DNA of 64,000 nucleotides. Origin: Sporocytophaga sp. Lineage in GTDB: Bacteria; Bacteroidota; Bacteroidia; Cytophagales; Cytophagaceae. The DNA lies in contig NZ_JAGHZZ010000007.1 in the NCBI RefSeq assembly GCF_017745095.1, forward strand, positions 151,565 through 215,564. The letters run 5' to 3'. The notes below the pieces were generated by a model, which was not told the origin of the DNA, ran no database searches, and saw nothing but the letters and a program-made list of their open reading frames with translations. A program made the translations under genes and the position numbers. Shown here piece after piece: positions 58,395 through 64,000 of this stretch (its first letter is position 1; each line of letters starts with the position of its first letter).

Positions 58395-59027
58395 ATGGAA
58401 ATATTTTATACTAAGTTCGAGGACAAACTGGATCATAAGAAATTGATTGCATACATAAGAACTCTTCCCCTTTCAATGAGAAAAGATATTTTTAAATTTA
58501 AAATGCCACTTGATATTCAAGGGCACCTATTTGGAAAAATTTTATTAAAAAAAATATTTGAAAATTATTACAATACTGAAAATATATTAAATCAGTTGGA
58601 ATATAATAAATATGGCCGTCCATACATTTCCAATTCAACCATAAATTTTAGCATTTCTCATTCTGAGCAATTTTCAGCAGTTGCAGTATCAAATGGGTTT
58701 CCGATAGGGATAGACATTGAAAAAATGAAAGAGATATCTTTCTGCGATTTTAAAACTTTATTTACAGAAAGTGAATGGAATGTAATTTTAACATCAGCCA
58801 ATCCTTTAAAAACATTTTATGTTTATTGGACCAAGAAAGAAAGTACAGCAAAGGCAGATGGAAGAGGTCTTTCCATTCCTTTAAATGAAATTTTAATTGA
58901 AGATGCTATTTCAATTTTAAATAAAAAACGGTGGCACTTATTTGAAATTAATTTAGAGCCTGACTATATGATTCATATTGCAAGTGAACAACAAGAATTG
59001 ATCAATATCCATAGGTTTACTTTTTAG
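58395..59027 (+). CDS. Sfp-type 4'-phosphopantetheinyl transferase
   Basis: YGRP, FSISHS, IGIDIE, FYVYWTKKES..KADGRG. Confidence 0.92.
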   Translation: MEIFYTKFEDKLDHKKLIAYIRTLPLSMRKDIFKFKMPLDIQGHLFGKILLKKIFENYYNTENILNQLEYNKYGRPYISNSTINFSISHSEQFSAVAVSNGFPIGIDIEKMKEISFCDFKTLFTESEWNVILTSANPLKTFYVYWTKKESTAKADGRGLSIPLNEILIEDAISILNKKRWHLFEINLEPDYMIHIASEQQELINIHRFTF

Positions 59028-59080
59028 ATTAAACACATAATTGGTTTTTGACCCTTAAGGAAACCTAAAAAGCTTTAACA

Positions 59081-59152
59081 AAAAATCCTCACATGTTATA
59101 CAAGTGAGGATTTTAAATCGGAATGTGAATCTCTTGGGACTTTCCTAGAACC
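59081..59152 (-). repeat. Displaced degenerate copy of the tRNA-Lys 3' end plus downstream spacer and terminator (attR-like)
   Basis: 36 bp (59094-59129) identical to 61679-61714; flanks continue with mismatches; contains perfect stem aaaatcctcac/gtgaggatttt. Confidence 0.88.
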
Positions 59153-59222
59153 TTTTAAGTTAAGACTTTTATATAACTCCATCCTCACTTTGTCAAGCTG
59201 TAGGATAGCTATCCAGAAGGTA

Positions 59223-60263
59223 TTAATTCTGAATTCTAAAACTTTCCTTCCATACTTTACCGCTTATGTCTTCTACCTCTATCCAATACCCGCCTTCTTT
59301 TGAGACGGTAATTGGAAGAGTTACTTTGGCTTTGGCTCCTAATGGAATGATCAAACTGTTTTTGCCTTTCTTCACTTTGGCAATGTAATAATTCTCAATG
59401 TCCCCATCAGGTATTTTGGAAAGCTCACTATACGAATACTCTTCTAATAATTCACCATTTTCATCTTTTAAAGAAATTCGTGTGATAAATGCACCATACG
59501 TATCAATACCCTGATCTCTGAACAGATCGAATCTAAGCCCTTTGACTTTGTCATACTTTGTTTCTGAAATTACAATATTAGGCTTCATAGATAGGTTATG
59601 AAGTTTTCCCCATACTCCTCCATGAAAGACTTGATTGGTATACAAAGTTATTATTAAAGAAAACATTGCGATGAATAAAGAAATGTATGTAAATATTCTA
59701 TTGCTAATGTTTATGTCACCAGACCCCATATATTTAAACCATTTTTTTTCTTTTAGTTTAGTAAGCCTTGAAAGCAAGAGTCTGTCTAAGGAAAACTTAT
59801 CTGCGCCAGCTACTATCATAATGAGTCCAGCTATGATACCAAAAGCCCCGATCTGCCATTCATCCAGGCACGTTGTTCCAAGCCATCCAGCACCAAACAA
59901 TATTCCAAAAGAGAGGAGAAACACTCCTAATGCTGAGGCTCGAGTAAATATCCCAAACAATAGCCCTAATCCAACCAGAGCTTCAATGATCGTAAATACG
60001 ATGAGGAATATCTGAAGGAAATCTGGATGAGTGATCATAAAATGAATCATAGGTTTAACGAATATAGCATTGGGGAAGAAGTGGTTAAACTTCTCACCAA
60101 CATAGCCGATTCCATCAGGATCTAATTTATTTTCCAGAATCAACCTTCTCCAGAATGCAGAGAAGAAGAGCCAGCCTGTAACCCATCTTAATCCCGTTAG
60201 CAAAACTGCTGAGGAGGACAATTGGTATTGAGAATTTTTATCTGAAATTTTAATTGTTTCCAT
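59223..60263 (-). CDS. doxD: Thiosulfate:quinone oxidoreductase, DoxD domain fused to DoxA-like domain
   Basis: LRWVTGWLFFSAFWRR..L..KL.P...GY.GEKFN.F.P; GWLG.TCLDEWQI; C-terminal GIDTYGAF...PLGAKA DoxA-like region. Confidence 0.85.
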   Translation of the reverse strand: METIKISDKNSQYQLSSSAVLLTGLRWVTGWLFFSAFWRRLILENKLDPDGIGYVGEKFNHFFPNAIFVKPMIHFMITHPDFLQIFLIVFTIIEALVGLGLLFGIFTRASALGVFLLSFGILFGAGWLGTTCLDEWQIGAFGIIAGLIMIVAGADKFSLDRLLLSRLTKLKEKKWFKYMGSGDINISNRIFTYISLFIAMFSLIITLYTNQVFHGGVWGKLHNLSMKPNIVISETKYDKVKGLRFDLFRDQGIDTYGAFITRISLKDENGELLEEYSYSELSKIPDGDIENYYIAKVKKGKNSLIIPLGAKAKVTLPITVSKEGGYWIEVEDISGKVWKESFRIQN

Positions 60264-60318
60264 TTCCGTTTTTCTTTTTAAGTGAAGGAATAATAAATAA
60301 GAATCGCATTTAATTTAA

Positions 60319-60780
60319 TTACAACTCGACGGTTTTATATCCATTCATTTGCAAATCAAACATGTAGGTTAGTCCATTCGGAACAATTTCAATTCCATTC
60401 ATTATTGTTAAAGGATCAATATTGAATTGTTGAAGAGACATTCCACAAATCTTAAATTGAATACCTGCAGCTTTCCCCTTCTGAATCAGTTCAGCAAATT
60501 CACTGCCTTTCACAAACGCTTCAACAGATTTGGCACAGGCCATGACTACTAAAGTTTCTCTTCTGTATTTGCTGTCCTTCGTTATCGACTCTGCTGTATT
60601 AACAACTGCCTTTATGTGATTAGGCTGACTGATAAGAATCGCATAGTTTAGTTTTTTTTTATCACTTAATATCGTGCTTTCATGTATAGGTCTGTAAATA
60701 AATGACGTATGCAATAATGAGATGCTGATTAATACATTCAGTACAATAGTTTTTACTTTATTTTTATCTTGTAAATTCAT
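60319..60780 (-). CDS. DsrE/DsrF-like protein with probable signal peptide
   Basis: VVMAC..SV, F.ICGMSL, IEIVPNG motifs. Confidence 0.75.
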   Translation of the reverse strand: MNLQDKNKVKTIVLNVLISISLLHTSFIYRPIHESTILSDKKKLNYAILISQPNHIKAVVNTAESITKDSKYRRETLVVMACAKSVEAFVKGSEFAELIQKGKAAGIQFKICGMSLQQFNIDPLTIMNGIEIVPNGLTYMFDLQMNGYKTVEL

Positions 60781-60943
60781 AGGATATTTAATTAGTTAGA
60801 TTTTATAATCGACATAGTTATCCCAAGGCCTTCATTTAGAATGAGGTCAGAGTATAACAAGTGAAAAATTTTACAGAGTAATATTGACAGGATATAACAA
60901 TCCCCATTACATCGTAATAATAATATCAGTCTTGATTTATAAC

Positions 60944-61297
60944 TTAATTAAAACAGGGAGGAGGAGAATGAATGTTACTGCAGCAAGAGTAATCAGTAAC
61001 TTTGTAAACCTGATGATGACTAATCAGCTTTGATGATATCATTAAAAATTCGTTATGCTGAATAATATGTATATCAGCAGAACAAATAGTTATAAGCTTC
61101 TTATTTGACTTTTTTTGCTTATCTGATAAACTTGATTTTCCTGAAGAGGATATTTTAAATTGTTTATTCTTTCTGCCATACTTGCACTTCTTTTTAAATT
61201 CATAGATACTATCATTACTATTAAATACAGAAAGCGCATATACCGTCTGATTTAACAGATAAATGAACAGAAACAAAAATGTAAGTAGGCGTTTCAT
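60944..61297 (-). CDS. Hypothetical small exported protein
   Basis: 117-aa ORF with hydrophobic N-terminus and HSPP end typical of small Bacteroidota proteins. Confidence 0.5.
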   Translation of the reverse strand: MKRLLTFLFLFIYLLNQTVYALSVFNSNDSIYEFKKKCKYGRKNKQFKISSSGKSSLSDKQKKSNKKLITICSADIHIIQHNEFLMISSKLISHHQVYKVTDYSCCSNIHSPPPCFN

Positions 61298-61665
61298 TCA
61301 ATCCCTAACGCTATATTAATTAAAATAATTTTGGAACTGCACTAAAAAAAGTAGACAAAACAATAAGCATTTTTAATAACAAATAATTTAGCATTACATT
61401 TATATAATATTAATTATTTGATAATCATAAACATTCACTCTTAAGATAAATAACAAACAATAGCCACAATAAAGTGCGGATATCATTTCATTTACTTCAA
61501 CTAAAGTAGCTTCTTCTTAACCAATATTCAATTGCCCCAGTGAAGTATACTTACATATATATAAATTCTGATTTTTTGAAAAAATGAAATCTAAACCTAC
61601 TGGATAAAAATCGACACTTAAAAAACAAGGACTTGTGACAACAAACTGTTTATTCAATAGCAAAA

Positions 61666-61739
61666 AAAAATCCCCACCTGTTATACAAGTGAGGATTTTA
61701 AATCGGAATGTGAACCCGCTGGGATTCGAACCCAGGACC
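61666..61739 (-). repeat. attL-like copy: tRNA-Lys 3' end, spacer and terminator
   Basis: See 59081-59152; the stem has a U:G pair on the minus strand, consistent with terminating tRNA transcription. Confidence 0.88.
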
Positions 61740-61783
61740 CCTACATTAAAAGTGTAATGCTCTACCAGCTGAGCTACGGATTC
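61711..61783 (-). tRNA. trnK: tRNA-Lys (anticodon UUU), CCA not encoded
   Basis: GAATCCG/CGGGTTC acceptor stem, TAGCTCAGCTGGTAGAGC D arm, TTACA-CTTTTAA-TGTAG anticodon arm, GGTTCGAATCC T loop. Confidence 0.97.
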
Positions 61784-61861
61784 TTGTTTTTTTTTGCCTT
61801 TTCGAAATCGTTTTCCGTAAATGCGATGCAAAAGTATAAGCTTTTTTTATATTTGCAAAAC

Positions 61862-62623
61862 ATGAAGCGAATTTTATTTACAATACTTGCTGTTTTTTTT
61901 CTAACTCCTCTCGCCTTCTGCGCTAATTACGCTGATTCCCTGAAGCTTGCAGATTCGTTATTCAATGAAAAAAAATATCCACAATCCTATAGTATCTATT
62001 CTGGCATACTTACTTCTACTGAAAAGTTTTCCCCAAGAATGCTTCTCAAAATGGCTATGATTAAAGAACAGGAAGGTGATTATACCATGGCTCTTTATTA
62101 TCTAAACCTCCTCTATAAATACCAGCCAGATAAAAGAGTGCTTGAAAAAATGGATGAACTGGCATCTGCTCATCAGCTTACTGGTTATACATTTACTGAT
62201 TTGGAGTACTTTATTTCTCTTTACAACCAGTATTACTATTACATCATCTTCTTCTTCCTTATCGTATCTGCAATTATCTATCTGTATCTTATTTTCAAAA
62301 AGTTTTATAGCAAAAGACTAGGTTTACGTCCTCTCTTCTTCGTTTTTGTATTATCCTTTGCCTACATTCTTACCAATTATGATATCGTTCCTATGAAGGG
62401 AATCATAAGTCAGGACCATTCCTACTTAATGAGCGGCCCTTCCGCAGGTGCTGATCCTGTAGCTGAAATAGAAAAAGGTCACCGTGTTATAGTATGGTCA
62501 GAAGATGATGTTTGGTATAGAATCAGCTGGAATGGAGAATTTGTTTATATCAAAAAAAATCATCTCCTGTTAGTAGGAGACGAAAATCATTTAAGCGGTG
62601 AATCTTTCTCTTTTGATATATGA
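61862..62623 (+). CDS. Exported TPR-like / SH3b-domain membrane protein (start reassigned to MKRILF)
   Basis: Signal peptide; helical N-region; two TM segments; LMSGPSAGA..V..I.KGHRV.V....DVWY.I SH3-like end. Confidence 0.75.
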   Translation: MKRILFTILAVFFLTPLAFCANYADSLKLADSLFNEKKYPQSYSIYSGILTSTEKFSPRMLLKMAMIKEQEGDYTMALYYLNLLYKYQPDKRVLEKMDELASAHQLTGYTFTDLEYFISLYNQYYYYIIFFFLIVSAIIYLYLIFKKFYSKRLGLRPLFFVFVLSFAYILTNYDIVPMKGIISQDHSYLMSGPSAGADPVAEIEKGHRVIVWSEDDVWYRISWNGEFVYIKKNHLLLVGDENHLSGESFSFDI

Positions 62624-63393
62624 TTGAAGACTACTCTATCAACAAGACCGGGAAAAAATTTCTTAAGAAAGATGGTTGATTTACCTTGTGAGGTCAATAC
62701 AAGATCTCTCTTTCTTTGCTCAACAGCTTTGTAGATGCTTGCAGCAACTTCTTCCGCACTCATCATCTTACCTTCATCCATTGATGATTCTCCAATGATA
62801 CTTCCGTCCTTAGACAAAGATGTATTCCTGATATTGGAAGTCGTAAAGCCCGGACAAGCCACCAGCACATGCACATTTTTATTCAGGAGTTCTACACGTA
62901 GTGCTTCCAGAAAGCCATTCATAGCAAATTTAGACGCGCTGTAACCCGTTCTACCCGGAAGGCCTACACTACCAGCTATAGAAGAAACGCCTACCACAGA
63001 GCCTTTATTTTTGATAATTTCAGGCAATGCATACTTTGTAGCATAAACAGTTCCGTAAAAATTAATATCCATTACCTTTTTCAATACACTCAAATCTGCA
63101 TCTGTGAATAAAGCTCTCATCGATATACCTGCATTGTTAATAAGTATATCTATCCTTCCAAAAACTTTAATCGTCTCTTTGACGAGCATTTCGTTATCTT
63201 CCTCCATAGCCGAATCCGCTTGTATAGACAATACCGGGATTCCTTTACTTCTAAGCAATAATGCAGTTTCTTCAAGGTTCACCTTATTTCTTCCAGTTAT
63301 GACAATCTTTGCTCCCTTGCTTCCAAACTCCTCTGCGCAAGCCTTGCCAATTCCTGAGGATCCTCCTGTGATTATAACTACTTTATCTTTCAT
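62587..63393 (-). CDS. Short-chain dehydrogenase/reductase
   Basis: TGGSSGIG, NNAG, YSASK motifs. Confidence 0.95.
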   Translation of the reverse strand: MKDKVVIITGGSSGIGKACAEEFGSKGAKIVITGRNKVNLEETALLLRSKGIPVLSIQADSAMEEDNEMLVKETIKVFGRIDILINNAGISMRALFTDADLSVLKKVMDINFYGTVYATKYALPEIIKNKGSVVGVSSIAGSVGLPGRTGYSASKFAMNGFLEALRVELLNKNVHVLVACPGFTTSNIRNTSLSKDGSIIGESSMDEGKMMSAEEVAASIYKAVEQRKRDLVLTSQGKSTIFLKKFFPGLVDRVVFNHISKEKDSPLK

Positions 63394-63405
63394 GAATATT
63401 AAATT

Positions 63406-63999
63406 TTAATGTTCTTCTGATTTATTTATCCGCGTCTTAAAATACTTTGCAACAGCATGTATAAGATTGGAATGCCCGGCGGTAAGTACTTCTAATTTAT
63501 AATTATTCAGATTACGAAGAAAATACTTCATATTCTTCAGATTAATAATTTTGTCGTAAGTCCCTAAAAAGAGTTCCAGCTCTATCTTGTTGTCGTTAAG
63601 GATAACTGCAACCTTCTTAGTATTGAACTTTAGATCTCTGAATACTATCCAGGAAAAATACACCCTTCTCCTCTGCTCCCTGGTAATCATTTGGGTATTT
63701 GCAAACCGGTGGAGGCCTTTATCAAGTAGCTTAAACCTGTTTAAGGTATTTACCACATTATGATAGATTCGAGGCTTTACAATGGTTCTTTTAAATATTC
63801 CTTGAAGAAGGGTCGGGTAAGTGGCAATATTGTACCAGAAGCTCGTTTTGATCCCATCCGGAGCTATCAGAATAACCTTATCAATCTTTGAATAAAAATA
63901 CTCCAGGGTTGAAAGTACAAACTTTCCTCCCATGCTAAAACCTAGCAGGCTGAACCTTTCTATTTGCTGACTTTCCAGAAACCCGGCAAAAAATTCATT
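63406..63999 (-). CDS. Alpha/beta hydrolase, 5' end outside the window
   Basis: The frame extends upstream of the called ATG giving RFSLLGFSMGG (GxSxG); G.YD.II and AGH C-terminal motifs. Confidence 0.85.
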   Translation of the reverse strand, partial: NEFFAGFLESQQIERFSLLGFSMGGKFVLSTLEYFYSKIDKVILIAPDGIKTSFWYNIATYPTLLQGIFKRTIVKPRIYHNVVNTLNRFKLLDKGLHRFANTQMITREQRRRVYFSWIVFRDLKFNTKKVAVILNDNKIELELFLGTYDKIINLKNMKYFLRNLNNYKLEVLTAGHSNLIHAVAKYFKTRINKSEEH

Positions 64000-64000
64000 C

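Larger units (their letters stand above)
59081..61739. mobile_element. Genomic islet of about 2.6 kb integrated at the tRNA-Lys 3' end, no integrase
   Basis: Bounded by direct repeats 59081-59152 and 61666-61739. Confidence 0.75.

Noticed and set aside
61517-61831. ORF overlapping the tRNA, and the 5' extension of ORF 61757
   Set aside because: Both are translations of tRNA-Lys sequence (ESVAQLVEH... / MLYQLSY...); not real coding
1094-63409. Many 60-200 aa ORFs antisense or out of frame within long genes (e.g. 14607-15191, 48182-48613, 59635-60015)
   Set aside because: Shadow ORFs of well-supported genes with no motifs of their own

Overview
AT-rich Bacteroidota DNA (Cytophagales-like; inferred from a T9SS C-terminal sorting domain, DUF2490-type porin, Bacteroidota-style regulators and a tRNA without encoded CCA). 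The right end (about 61.7-64 kb) looks like core genome: tRNA-Lys(UUU), an SH3-like protein, an SDR and an alpha/beta hydrolase. Leftward of the tRNA 3' end lies a long accessory mosaic. It holds a 2.6 kb integrase-less islet (DoxDA thiosulfate:quinone oxidoreductase + DsrE) bounded by a duplicated tRNA 3' end plus terminator, and a small NRPS cluster (divergent kynurenine-monooxygenase-like enzyme, glycosyltransferase, two-module NRPS with a Cys-nucleophile thioesterase and a frameshift in its C domain, Sfp-type PPTase) possibly bounded by a third, decayed att copy. It also holds a histidine kinase with an ethylene-receptor-like membrane domain, an M48 protease followed by a coupled SPFH + NAD-kinase-like pair, four Cys-type arylsulfatases, a 13-repeat FN3-like surface protein and several pseudogenes. 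Further left are a chromate operon (pseudo-receiver regulator, DUF2490, chrB, chrA) preceded by a compact pseudoknot RNA candidate, a copper locus (AraC, copA, copZ) and a secreted WD40-caspase protein. No CRISPR, IS, integrase or rRNA was seen. All family calls come from motifs read by eye; no searches were run.
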